From: Candidatus Buchananbacteria bacterium RIFCSPLOWO2_01_FULL_39_33
GTDB lineage: Bacteria > Patescibacteriota > Patescibacteriia > 2-01-FULL-39-33
NCBI GenBank assembly: GCA_001817505.1
Contig: MHIM01000034.1
Coordinates: forward strand, 51,005-115,004
DNA: 64,000 nt
Direction of reading: 5' to 3'
This document shows positions 1 to 9,490 of the stretch, in pieces. The notes below the pieces were generated by a model. It saw nothing but the letters and a program-made list of their open reading frames with translations. It was not told the origin of the DNA and ran no database searches. The position numbers and the translations under genes were made by a program. The stretch's first letter is position 1; every line of letters begins with the position of its first letter.

Positions 1-2
1 AT

Positions 3-263
3 GACCTTTTAAATATTGAGAAATTCAACGCTTATGTCAGGTTATTGATTGATAACACTGCCAGTGATACACTTAATATGTCTTGTTTCCCACTGCCTGC
101 TGGCGCCAGGCCGGAAATGGTGGAAAATTTGAAGGAATTATCCCGAATCAAATACGGCCGTGATAAAATGATGATTGAAAGGGAAATTTTAGAAAGGTCC
201 AAGCTCGGACAATTGGGCCAAGCGCCCAGTAGCGAGTTAAGGGATCGCTTAATGAGGCAGTAA
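3..263 (+). CDS. C-terminal part of a VirD4/TraG-like (type IV secretion DNA-binding domain) ATPase, truncated by the window edge
   Basis: Frame is open from base 3 (DLLNIEKFNAYVRLLIDN...SRIKYGRD...IEREILER), resembling the C-terminus of CPR TraG/VirD4-like proteins. Confidence 0.55.
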   Translation, partial: DLLNIEKFNAYVRLLIDNTASDTLNMSCFPLPAGARPEMVENLKELSRIKYGRDKMMIEREILERSKLGQLGQAPSSELRDRLMRQ

Positions 264-285
264 TTGGTATAATATAATGAGATAG

Positions 286-469
286 TTTTATAATGTTGCT
301 GGCCGAATACCCCCTGGCTTTTAAGCCAGGGGATGAAGGCCGGTGTGAGAAAAAATATTGTCGGCAGTAGAGACGGGGCATGCCCCGTCTCTACTAGTCA
401 TTCTGAATTTGCCCAGACCTGCCTGCCGGCAGGCAGGTACTGCGGTCTTTAGACTGCAGTCAAATTCAT
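286..469. mobile_element. ~184-bp multi-hairpin non-autonomous element (IS200/IS605-end-like, MITE/PATE-like), copy 1
   Basis: Near-identical to 19085-19267 (5 substitutions, 1 indel). Contains hairpin CCCCTGGCTT-TT-AAGCCAGGGG, 28-bp palindrome at 367-394, 20-bp palindrome at 418-437, and hairpin ACTGCGGTC-TTTA-GACTGCAGT. Confidence 0.7.
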
Positions 470-488
470 AACTATTTCAATTAAAACT

Positions 489-647
489 ATGAAGGATAAA
501 CACCAAAAAGAATTAGAGAAAGCTTTTAAGGATTTTTTAGCCAGAGTTAACTCGGCTAAAAAAGATTATAATCGGAAGATTGATGAGATCTTAAAAAAAA
601 TTGATGAGTTGAAAATTGCTAAAGTAAAAAAGAATTTAAATATTTAA
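489..647 (+). CDS. Small helical hypothetical protein (52 aa), not in the ORF track
   Basis: ATG 489 to TAA 647, MKDKHQKELEKAFKDFLARVNSAKKDYNRKIDEILKKIDELKIAKVKKNLNI; ends 3 nt before the next ATG. Confidence 0.6.
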   Translation: MKDKHQKELEKAFKDFLARVNSAKKDYNRKIDEILKKIDELKIAKVKKNLNI

Positions 648-650
648 TTT

Positions 651-2498
651 ATGCCTGAGCGTGCAAAAAAACCAGTTCCCGAAGCCGGCAGCCTGCCTTT
701 GGAAGATTTGCAGCAAATTAAAGATGACTTAGTTAAACAGGAGGATAAAGAGCAAGCTAATGAAACTAAATGGTCTTTAGTTGATCCAGCAGAATCGGCT
801 CAGGATTTAAAAGATAAAAAAGATGAAGATTTTCAGCAGAGTATTGATGAGCTATTCCTTCGTTTTAATGAAGATCTAAGCGAGTCAAAAACCGAAGTGG
901 CTGGCTTAGCCGCTGAAGGAGAAAAATTGGTAGATGAAGGATTAGAAGAATTAGGAAATATCCCAGAAGCCATACCTTTGGCAACTGAAGCGGCAGCAGC
1001 TAAAAACACATTATTGGGAGCGGCCGAAGAAGCGGAAGATGAATTTAATAGAATAGTCAGAGCGGCTGAAGAATACGTTCACAAGAACCAGGTTAGCCAG
1101 GCGGAACAACGGGTGGACGAGCCAGGCGTCTTGAATTTGGATCAGTTTACACAGGCAGAAAAGAAAGCTGAAGTTAAAATTACTGATGGTGGGCCAGTCA
1201 AAGAAATTCCAGTAGAAGAAGTTGATTGGGATGCTTTATTTGCGGCCAATGAACAACCTGAAAGTTCTAAAACTCCAGAGATATTGTTAGTTAAGCCAGA
1301 AATATCGACCGCTAATTTACTTGAAGGTGACACCAGCGTTAAAGTTGAAAATTCAACTGGCGGTAAAGTCAAAGAAGAAATACCTCTCTATAGCCGGGCC
1401 AATGTTAACGCTTTTAAAAAATTAGGCGCTGAAGCCAAAAAAACTTTTGTTGATTTTTATACTAGGACAATCTTAAGCAGTTCCGGAGCTAGAGAATTAA
1501 GGGGTGATCAGAAACTCATAGCCAAATCGGAAGACCGCCTCCATGGGTTAAATGGCGATTTAACGGAAGTTGATGATAAACTGGGCGAATTAAAAGACCA
1601 GTTGATGAATATTGATGAGGTGATGGGCCAGCTTGGCGATGCGGCTAAACCCAAAGAAATAAAAGCTTTAGAAAAAAGCCGCCAAATTTTACAAGGTAAA
1701 ATTAAAAAAGAAGAAGCTGCTAAAGATTTATTATCCCAAAATTTAAAAGCCGAAAAGGAAAAGCAGGCCGGCTTGCAAGAAGGCTTAAAAGAGTCTTTGG
1801 TTGGTCTGGAATTAAAGATTGATAAATCACTTGAGCCTTATAAGCAGGAAGTCGTTAAATTAGAAAGTGATCAAGCCAGTTTAGTGGAGGAAAAAAATAA
1901 TTTTGAAGCCCTAATTGATGATTTTAACGACCGTCTGAACGGCTTAAAAGAGCAATTGGTCGGCTTGGCTGAAATGGCTATGCCCAAAGCCGCCAGAAAA
2001 TCATTTAAAGCGGTTTTAAAGAGAAAAATCGGCGATGTTGAAACAGCGCTTAAAACCTCGCAAAATAATCTTGCTCGTTTGGAAAATAATATAGTCAGAA
2101 TTAATGGTCGGCTCAATAAAGAAGATATCAGGATCAATAAATGGGAAAGCATCCGTGCCGGTTTAAAAGCCAAAGCCGAAGAACAACCGGAAAAAGTCAG
2201 GCAAGAGTTAAGCGGTAGCTATATATCCAGAGACCGGACCGAGCCGATAATGGAAAAAGTTGAATCACCGGTTTTTTCAGCCAGCGCTTATATTGATAAA
2301 TGGAATTCACTTTCTAAAAATGACGGCTTAACTTTGAATAAAGAAGCGATTTTATCTTCCAGTAAAAAAGAATTAACTTTGGAACGCTTGGAAAGTTTGA
2401 TCAAAACCACTAGATTCAAGGGTTTAAGCGAACGCCAGCTGAAAAAAAGAATACAAGAGAAAATAGATTTATTAAGAGTCCATTTCGGCGTACACTAA
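651..2498 (+). CDS. Long acidic/coiled-coil hypothetical protein
   Basis: 615-aa ORF, E/K/L-rich heptads in the C-terminal half, no signal peptide. Confidence 0.8.
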   Translation: MPERAKKPVPEAGSLPLEDLQQIKDDLVKQEDKEQANETKWSLVDPAESAQDLKDKKDEDFQQSIDELFLRFNEDLSESKTEVAGLAAEGEKLVDEGLEELGNIPEAIPLATEAAAAKNTLLGAAEEAEDEFNRIVRAAEEYVHKNQVSQAEQRVDEPGVLNLDQFTQAEKKAEVKITDGGPVKEIPVEEVDWDALFAANEQPESSKTPEILLVKPEISTANLLEGDTSVKVENSTGGKVKEEIPLYSRANVNAFKKLGAEAKKTFVDFYTRTILSSSGARELRGDQKLIAKSEDRLHGLNGDLTEVDDKLGELKDQLMNIDEVMGQLGDAAKPKEIKALEKSRQILQGKIKKEEAAKDLLSQNLKAEKEKQAGLQEGLKESLVGLELKIDKSLEPYKQEVVKLESDQASLVEEKNNFEALIDDFNDRLNGLKEQLVGLAEMAMPKAARKSFKAVLKRKIGDVETALKTSQNNLARLENNIVRINGRLNKEDIRINKWESIRAGLKAKAEEQPEKVRQELSGSYISRDRTEPIMEKVESPVFSASAYIDKWNSLSKNDGLTLNKEAILSSSKKELTLERLESLIKTTRFKGLSERQLKKRIQEKIDLLRVHFGVH

Positions 2499-2539
2499 AG
2501 TTTACTTTATAAACTTTTAACTTTATAAACTAAATCTAT

Positions 2540-2770
2540 ATGAATAATCCAATTGATCCCAAAGACATTATAGACCAAACTGACGATTTGCTCTCTGATA
2601 TTAACCAGGCCAATCTTAAATTTGTTGACAAAACCAATCAATTAGTCAGTTCCGTAAACCAGAGCTTAAAGAAAGTTGATAAGTTTAATGCTGAACTGGA
2701 AAAAGAAGAGCAAAAATCCTTGGCCAAGATCAATAGCCAAACACTCAATTACCTAGCGAAAAGCCAATAA
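2540..2770 (+). CDS. Small helical hypothetical protein
   Basis: 76-aa ORF with amphipathic helical pattern, co-oriented with neighbours. Confidence 0.65.
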   Translation: MNNPIDPKDIIDQTDDLLSDINQANLKFVDKTNQLVSSVNQSLKKVDKFNAELEKEEQKSLAKINSQTLNYLAKSQ

Positions 2771-2917
2771 AATCAAAGTAAAAGGTGCTTAAAATGAGTG
2801 AAATTAACCGTCTATATTTAGAAAACTGGGCGGTTTTTTTTTCCTTGCCGATAAGCCCCCATTGATTTATAATATAAGGTAAGGGGGCTATTTTAATCCA
2901 GCCGCTTTTAAGTTTTT

Positions 2918-4672
2918 ATGTCCACTCTTTATAGAAAATACCGGCCACAGATTTTTGCTGACGTCATTGGCCAAAATCACGTCAAAATTATTTTACAACA
3001 TGAAATTGAGCAGGGTAAAATTGGCCACGCTTATCTTTTTTGTGGCCCCAGGGGACTGGGCAAAACAACGCTGGCTCGGCTTTTTGCCAAAGCGGCCAAT
3101 TGCGAAAATAGAAAAGCCGGCGAAAGTGAACCCTGCAATAAATGTCAATCTTGTAATGGTATTACCGCTAATAATTCAATTGATATTATTGAAATTGACG
3201 CCGCTTCCCATACTGGCGTTGATAATGTCCGGGAAAATATCATTGACAACGCCAGGTTCACGCCCACTATCAGCCAATATAAAGTTTTTATCATTGATGA
3301 AGTGCATATGCTGTCCATCTCGGCTTTCAATGCCCTGTTGAAAACTTTGGAAGAACCGCCGGCGCATGCCATTTTCATTTTATGCACTACCGAAACGCAT
3401 AAACTGCCCCAGACGATAATCTCACGCTGCCAGCGGTTTGATTTAAAAAGAGTGTCGGCCAAAGAATTGAAAAATAGATTAGAAAAAATCGCTAAAGCCG
3501 AAGGTAAAAAAATAGACGGGCCGGTTTTAGACAATATTATCAGGCATTCCGAGGGCTGCGTCCGCGATGCTGAAAGCTTATTAGGCAAGATTTTTACTTT
3601 AGGCGAAACGATAACCAGCGAACAGGCGGAAATCATTTTGCCTCGATCCGATTTTAATAAAATCGCTTCCTTTTTGGGTTTTATTGCGGAAAACAATTCA
3701 ACTGCTGCCATTGAACTGGTCAATAATTTAATTGAGGACGGTATAGATATGCAGGTTTTTGTGGAAGATCTCTTGGAATTTTTAAGGAAGATAATGCTGA
3801 TCAAAGTCAATGGCAATCTTAGCGATTTTGGCATAGAATTGGATGAAGAATCGCAAAAATCAGCCCAAGAACTAGCCCAAAGGTTTGATTACCGCAAGCT
3901 GATGGCCACTATTGATTTGTTTATGATCAAACGCCAGGCCATCAAATCGGCGCTAATTCAGCAGTTTCCCTTGGAAATGGCGGTTATAGAACTGACTGAA
4001 GAAATTTCTCCTGCCAAAGATTATGACGGTGATGATAGCGAACCAGGCAGTAAGCTGGAAGGTATTGATCTTTCCAGAACTCAAAGGGTTAAAGAAAAAA
4101 TCAAAGATAAATTGTCGCATTTGAACCCGATCAAGCCTAGAAGCACTGAAATATCGCTGGCCAATATTGATTTGAAAAAAGAGGACGCTGATGGGATTAA
4201 AATTGATATGATTTCTTCAAGTGGCAAATTAGGCGAGGAAAAATCAGTTAATTTCAGCAAAGTTAAGGAGAATTGGAAGGAAATCGTGGTTAAATTATTA
4301 GAAGAAAATTATACCATAGCCTCGCTTTTAAGAATCAGCGAACCTTTAAGATGCGATGGCAATGTCTTGGAAATAGCCGTCAAAAATAATTTTTATTACC
4401 AGCGGATCGTTGACCGCTCTAATCGCTTGCTAATAGAGAAAATCATATCCGACGTGCTCAAATTAGAAGTTAAAATCAGACCGATTGTCAAAGATAATGT
4501 TGTGCCTCTGCCGGTGGAAATTGATTATCCGGTGGCTGCCAGTGATGAATCTCAAGTCCTATCACCGGTAACAACAGTAACCGAACCATCAACCGTGAAA
4601 ATAAAAAATTTGGAAAAAGTTTCTTTAGACAAGCCGGCTGATGCCGCCCAGGATGTAATTAGTATGTTTTGA
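2918..4672 (+). CDS. dnaX: DNA polymerase III subunit gamma/tau
   Basis: LYRKYRP start, Walker A GPRGLGKTT, Zn cysteines, EIDAAS, DEVHML, SRCQ. Confidence 0.97.
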   Translation: MSTLYRKYRPQIFADVIGQNHVKIILQHEIEQGKIGHAYLFCGPRGLGKTTLARLFAKAANCENRKAGESEPCNKCQSCNGITANNSIDIIEIDAASHTGVDNVRENIIDNARFTPTISQYKVFIIDEVHMLSISAFNALLKTLEEPPAHAIFILCTTETHKLPQTIISRCQRFDLKRVSAKELKNRLEKIAKAEGKKIDGPVLDNIIRHSEGCVRDAESLLGKIFTLGETITSEQAEIILPRSDFNKIASFLGFIAENNSTAAIELVNNLIEDGIDMQVFVEDLLEFLRKIMLIKVNGNLSDFGIELDEESQKSAQELAQRFDYRKLMATIDLFMIKRQAIKSALIQQFPLEMAVIELTEEISPAKDYDGDDSEPGSKLEGIDLSRTQRVKEKIKDKLSHLNPIKPRSTEISLANIDLKKEDADGIKIDMISSSGKLGEEKSVNFSKVKENWKEIVVKLLEENYTIASLLRISEPLRCDGNVLEIAVKNNFYYQRIVDRSNRLLIEKIISDVLKLEVKIRPIVKDNVVPLPVEIDYPVAASDESQVLSPVTTVTEPSTVKIKNLEKVSLDKPADAAQDVISMF

Positions 4673-4695
4673 TTGTTTCGCTTCATTAGCTAATG

Positions 4696-4725
4696 AAAAA
4701 AATCGTAGAGCTATCTACGATTTTT
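4696..4725. terminator. Bidirectional terminator-like hairpin between convergent genes
   Basis: AAAAAAATCGTAGA-GCTA-TCTACGATTTTT with A/T tracts on both sides. Confidence 0.6.
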
Positions 4726-5021
4726 TAGATGTTTTTCCGCCGTTGACTTTCCGGATATTCTTCATCAGGGATTGTTTTTAATTCTTTGGGCAAACCAGTT
4801 TTACCGAAGATGCCTTTTTGTTTTTCCAGCGAAACAATAACCGATTCAAGAGCTTTAATTTGCCTGATTGTTTGGTTGCAAAGTTCTGCCAGTACCGTTA
4901 CCAATTCGTCATCTAAAGCTTTATTTTCTTGTAAAATAGTGGTTAATAGGCGTAATTCCGATCTTTTAGTGTCTAAAATTTTCTGAGTCATCTTTAAACT
5001 TAACACCAGATCGCTTTCCAT
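4725..5021 (-). CDS. Hypothetical protein
   Basis: 98-aa ORF with GGAG RBS upstream on the minus strand. Confidence 0.65.
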   Translation of the reverse strand: MESDLVLSLKMTQKILDTKRSELRLLTTILQENKALDDELVTVLAELCNQTIRQIKALESVIVSLEKQKGIFGKTGLPKELKTIPDEEYPESQRRKNI

Positions 5022-5209
5022 GGTCTCACTCCTGGTTGAAATGTTCTATAATTATTTTATACTTGTTATGATTAATTTTCAAGATTACCATAATTTCTTG
5101 ATAATTTAGGGTTTTTATGATATTATTCTTTAAGCTTTAAGCGATTTTAATATTTTTCTCTTCTTAATGAAATGGAGACCCGTTTTGACTAAAGTTACGG
5201 CGGACATGG

Positions 5210-5280
5210 TCGGGGGTCGTCTAATGGTAGGACACTTGGTTCTGGTCCAAGGTATCGGGGTTCGAATCCCTGCCCCCGAG
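5210..5280 (+). tRNA. tRNA-Gln (anticodon CTG), CCA not encoded
   Basis: Acceptor TCGGGGG/CCCCCGA, D-arm GTC-TAATGGTAG-GAC, anticodon arm CTTGG-TTCTGGT-CCAAG, T-loop GTTCGAATC. Confidence 0.93.
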
Positions 5281-5282
5281 TT

Positions 5283-5324
5283 AGTACAAAAAAGAGACTG
5301 CTTTCGCAGTCTCTTTTTTGTACT
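5283..5324. terminator. Strong hairpin/terminator after tRNA-Gln
   Basis: AGTACAAAAAAGAGACTGC-TTTC-GCAGTCTCTTTTTTGTACT. Confidence 0.75.
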
Positions 5325-5483
5325 ATTTCAGAAGTAGGCAGGGATTCAAACGGGACAGAAATGAAACCAGCTTTACCGCGGAAGCGGTAAAGAGCAGTTG
5401 AATGTCGCCAGAGTGCCACTGGCACTCTGGCGCTGTCCCAGGACAGAATAATTTGTCGCATTCTGGCGACAAATTATGCCGTA

Positions 5484-5499
5484 AATCCCTGCCCCCGAG
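5484..5499 (+). repeat. 16-bp direct repeat of the tRNA-Gln 3' end (att-like)
   Basis: AATCCCTGCCCCCGAG is identical to 5265-5280. Confidence 0.8.
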
Positions 5500-5582
5500 C
5501 CAAATTGTATGTTGCGAGTTTTTTATCGGGAGCCCCAACCCGCCACCTTATCAATCAAGCGGTTTTTTGGTAGAATTAAGAT

Positions 5583-6593
5583 ATGCCAAGAAAAATTTTC
5601 ATTATTTTAATATGTTTAATTAGCTTGGGCGCAGTTGGCGGAGCATACTGGTATCAAAAAGAAAAAACAAAATGGGTTGCTATGTTGACGCCAACACCAA
5701 TCAATACATTATCACAAGTGCCCATTAGAGGCGTGCCCAAAACAAGCGCTTCCGCGATTACCTCACCGCCATCTAGTATGGAAGGTATCAATACTCACAC
5801 AGAAGTATTCGGCACAGACTCTGACCCTAAAATGATTACACTTGGCCCTAAACTTGGCAGTCATCCGGAACTTCCAGCATATGATACCCACCATGGCTTG
5901 GTTTTTGAACTAAAAATTCACGGAACACCCGTACTTGCACCTATTGATATGGCCCTGGTGGGCTTTCAAAATAATAGTAGTTATCGGACAGACGGGCAAA
6001 ATATTACACCAATGGATGATTTGGTATTGTTTTTTGAATCTACCAGTCCTGATTGGCCGGGAATGATTATTTTTGTTTATCATTTATCTAGCTCCCCACT
6101 ATTGCTTGAGCAAAATATAAATCCGGTTTGTAGTGCAGTTAAGGAGCCTCGAGGAGAAAATATCCAGGCTTTGGGGCATCTTTACATGGGTATGAGGGAT
6201 TACGTTCCCGACGACAAAAATAACGCGAGCGCTTGCAAAGCTCTAATTGGATACAAGGTAAAACGAGGGGAATTAATTGGATTTGCCGGTACTGTGCCGA
6301 ACTCAAATGGTATTGGCACTCATTCTTTTGTTGATATTGGATTCAAAGTATCGGACATATCAGAAAATCCGTTCTTTGGTCTCAAGGGATCAGACGTTTC
6401 AGGAGAACGACAAGATAAAACAGGAAATCGCTACCTGCATTGGGTTCAGCCTAGCTCATTCTTTTATTGGAAAAGTTATAGCCCTGATGCGAATTTCCCC
6501 AGTGGGGTGCTGGCTTATCCTTTTGAAATTGACGGTTATCAGCTTCCCGCCGAACAGCGCAATATAAATTATAAATATACTTCGAAAAAATAA
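5583..6593 (+). CDS. Membrane-anchored/secreted protein with a degenerate M23-peptidase-like domain
   Basis: N-terminal TM helix; HHGLVF..GTPVLAP and KVKRGELIGFAG resemble M23 motifs, but the Zn ligands are non-canonical. Confidence 0.55.
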   Translation: MPRKIFIILICLISLGAVGGAYWYQKEKTKWVAMLTPTPINTLSQVPIRGVPKTSASAITSPPSSMEGINTHTEVFGTDSDPKMITLGPKLGSHPELPAYDTHHGLVFELKIHGTPVLAPIDMALVGFQNNSSYRTDGQNITPMDDLVLFFESTSPDWPGMIIFVYHLSSSPLLLEQNINPVCSAVKEPRGENIQALGHLYMGMRDYVPDDKNNASACKALIGYKVKRGELIGFAGTVPNSNGIGTHSFVDIGFKVSDISENPFFGLKGSDVSGERQDKTGNRYLHWVQPSSFFYWKSYSPDANFPSGVLAYPFEIDGYQLPAEQRNINYKYTSKK

Positions 6594-6781
6594 AAGGCGG
6601 CACGCTAGCTTCGCTGGCACGAAATTCGGCGGCGGAAAAGCGAGGGCGGGCAAAAATTCCTTCCCCCCAACCCCCTTCCTTTTTGCCCGCCTCCTCCAAA
6701 GACGGACAGGCGATCTTAAAGTTTTTCAAAATTCAGCGTTCGGATTTTCGCTAAAAAAAGTTCGGATTTCGTTCAGCGTTC

Positions 6782-6827
6782 GGAGCAAACAAAAACACTC
6801 CCCTTTGGGAGTGTTTTTGTTTGCTCC
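6782..6827. terminator. Long hairpin/terminator
   Basis: GGAGCAAACAAAAACACTCCC-CTTT-GGGAGTGTTTTTGTTTGCTCC. Confidence 0.7.
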
Positions 6828-7257
6828 TGGTGTAAGGTTGGGATTCGAACCGACAGAAGCGAGTTATGAGCAAAATTGAAAGGCCTAAAAAGTTATCCAC
6901 TTAAATGGATTTGTAAAATTATTGAATGATGGTAAAATGAGCGTGGTTAGGAGGCGAATATTTTAATAGATATAGTTAATTAGATCATAGAAATTATGAC
7001 CTTAATGGTTTTATTTCGTCATTTCAACCCCTTATTGCTGATAAATAATCATTTTTGTGTTTTATAATCTCTGAGTTTTTAACTCAGATTTTTTTATTTT
7101 AATGCAAATAATTTATATATTTTAGTTTTAAATTAATTAAAACGGTTTCTAACAGGTCGAATTGCCACCAGGCAGTTTTAACCGTCATAATTTAGAACTG
7201 ACAAATTAAACCTTTAAGGTTAAAACTAAGGAGGAGTTTAAGAAATAAATAAAAACA

Positions 7258-8052
7258 ATGAAGAAAGTTTTAATTAGTTTGAGCGCAATTGTTCTCGTGG
7301 CTGCGGTAGCCATCGGCGCGACTGTCGCTTTTTTTAGCGACACTGAAACATCAACTGGCAATACTTTTACTGCCGGCGCGATTGATTTGACAGTGGACAG
7401 CCAGCAACATTATAACGGACATGAATGTGTGCCAAATCTTGATACCGCCACCTCAGAAAATATGCCTTATGTTTGGGGACCGGGCAGAAATCCTTACCCG
7501 GTAACAGGCACAGCTTGCGGCGGTACTTGGAGACTTAAAGATTTAGTTCCCACTTTTGATAAATTCTTTAATTTTGGCGATATCAAACCAGGTGATGAAG
7601 GAGAAAATACTATCAGCTTGCATGTGATAAACAATGATGCTTGGGTTTGCGCCGAGGTCTCTAATTTATCCAGCGATGATAATGGTTTAAATGAACCCGA
7701 GGCCTTAGTTGATGAATCTGACGGAGTAGGCAATGGCGAATTAGACGACACTATGCTTTGGACCATTTGGAGAGACGATGGAGATAATATTCGTCAGGAA
7801 AACGAACCGATATTAGCTTCTGGTCATCCGGTCAATGGTGTTTTGCCAATTTATGATTCAACTACTACGGGAACTCCATTACCAGGCGGTTCTATGACTT
7901 TTCTTGGCGTTTCTTGGACTCTGCCAGCTGAATCTGGCAATGAAACGCAAACCGACAGTTTAACTGGTGATATTTCTTTCCGGGTTGAGCAAGCCAGAAA
8001 TAATGAAAATTTCAGATGTGTCCCCGTACAAGAACCAACAGGAGATATTTAA
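7258..8052 (+). CDS. TasA/CalY-family protein with SipW-dependent signal peptide
   Basis: Hydrophobic leader then AFFSDTETSTGNTFTAGAIDL; DIKPGD; C-terminal EQARNN; strong RBS. Confidence 0.85.
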   Translation: MKKVLISLSAIVLVAAVAIGATVAFFSDTETSTGNTFTAGAIDLTVDSQQHYNGHECVPNLDTATSENMPYVWGPGRNPYPVTGTACGGTWRLKDLVPTFDKFFNFGDIKPGDEGENTISLHVINNDAWVCAEVSNLSSDDNGLNEPEALVDESDGVGNGELDDTMLWTIWRDDGDNIRQENEPILASGHPVNGVLPIYDSTTTGTPLPGGSMTFLGVSWTLPAESGNETQTDSLTGDISFRVEQARNNENFRCVPVQEPTGDI

Positions 8053-8075
8053 TCCACAATAATCATTAGACCTAT

Positions 8076-9365
8076 ATGAAAAAAATACTATTAAGTTTAG
8101 TAGCTATTGTGGCCGTGGCCGGAGTGGTAGCGGGGGTGACTATAGCTTTCTACAACGATACCGAAACTTCAGCCGGCAATATCTTTGTCGCTGGTTCGGT
8201 GGATTTGAAAGTTGACCATACCAAGCAAACTTACAATGACCATGAATGTGTTGGTAATTGTGAAGAGATTGGCAGCAATCTTGTTGTTAATGGTGGTTTT
8301 GAAACTCCAGATGTATCAACAGGTGGCTGGGCAATTTATCCGGATGCTAGTCAAACCTCCTGGACAGTTGAGTCCGGCGCGGGTTTGGAGATTCAAGACC
8401 ATGCTGCCGGCGATCCCCACAGTGGCAATCAATTAGCAGAATTGGATAGCAATAACTCTTCCGTTATTTCCCAAACTTTATCAACTGTGGCTGGCCAGCA
8501 GTACCGTTTAACTTTCTGGTATTCACCTCGTCCGAATCGCCCCGCCGGTGATAACACTATTGGCGCGATGGTCAAAGTTGTGAGTGATAGCACCATTCTG
8601 GTCAATGATACTATTGGCGCAACTTCAGCCGGTGGTTCACAGACCAGTTGGCAGGAGTTCACCTATAACTTTATAGCCACCGATAATAGCACTAAGGTTA
8701 TTTTTTCCGATTTAGGAACCAATAATTCCTACGGTGGGTATTTGGATGATATTTCGGTTAAGGAACTTGAATGTAGCAGCCAGTTTGAAGGTGTAGGCGC
8801 TTGCACTCTTTGGGGTGAGAGAGATCTTGGCCAGGGAGATACTTTTTTCAATTTTGACGACATTAAACCAGGCGATCATGGCACCAATGTTATCTCACTC
8901 CACGTCTATAGCAATAATGCTTACGCTTGTTTGATTACCAGCGACCAAGTGGATGATGAGAATATTGTTTATGAATCAGAAACCGGCGATAATACACCCG
9001 ATGTCGGCGAACTTTCTCAATATATGAATGTCTTCACTTGGGAAGATACTGATGGTGATGGCCTTTATGAATCGGGAGAGAGCCAATTTGCCAGCGGATC
9101 TCTATCAAATCTCTCAAATCTGATGAGCTTGGATTCAGCCAGCCAGCAATTTTTGACCGCCACCACTACCAAATATATCGGTTTGGCTTGGTGCGCCGGT
9201 ACGCTAATTGTCGGCAGCGAAGGTGATTTCACTTGCGATGGTTCAGGTATGTTAAATGACGCGCAATCAGATTCTTTCTCCGCCTCTTTAACTGCTTATG
9301 CCGAGCAAATCAGAAACAATAGCGGTTTCTTATGTTCAGGTGTGGAACTTCCTTCTAATGAATGA
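8076..9365 (+). CDS. TasA/CalY-family protein with an inserted DUF642-like carbohydrate-binding domain
   Basis: AFYNDTETSAGNIFVAGSVDL signal; NLVVNGGFETP...YRLTFWYSPRP...GGYLDDISV insert; DIKPGD; EQIRNN. Confidence 0.8.
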   Translation: MKKILLSLVAIVAVAGVVAGVTIAFYNDTETSAGNIFVAGSVDLKVDHTKQTYNDHECVGNCEEIGSNLVVNGGFETPDVSTGGWAIYPDASQTSWTVESGAGLEIQDHAAGDPHSGNQLAELDSNNSSVISQTLSTVAGQQYRLTFWYSPRPNRPAGDNTIGAMVKVVSDSTILVNDTIGATSAGGSQTSWQEFTYNFIATDNSTKVIFSDLGTNNSYGGYLDDISVKELECSSQFEGVGACTLWGERDLGQGDTFFNFDDIKPGDHGTNVISLHVYSNNAYACLITSDQVDDENIVYESETGDNTPDVGELSQYMNVFTWEDTDGDGLYESGESQFASGSLSNLSNLMSLDSASQQFLTATTTKYIGLAWCAGTLIVGSEGDFTCDGSGMLNDAQSDSFSASLTAYAEQIRNNSGFLCSGVELPSNE

Positions 9366-9490
9366 TGATCAAGATGAATAAATGAAAAGTATTTATTCAA
9401 TTTTGGAATCTTTTACTCAAGCCCTCAAAAGAGGGCTTGGGACTAAAGGTTTTTGTTTGAAGGGTTAGTTTATAAAATCGCCATATCATT

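Noticed and set aside
6828-6900. Possible full tRNA on the minus strand
   Set aside because: Only a T-loop and CCA-ending fragment is present; no D-arm, anticodon arm or matching 5' acceptor strand.
6900-7257. Possible riboswitch (e.g. c-di-GMP) in the long leader of the TasA-like locus
   Set aside because: Some hairpins are present but I could not match a known aptamer consensus by eye; needs an Rfam search.
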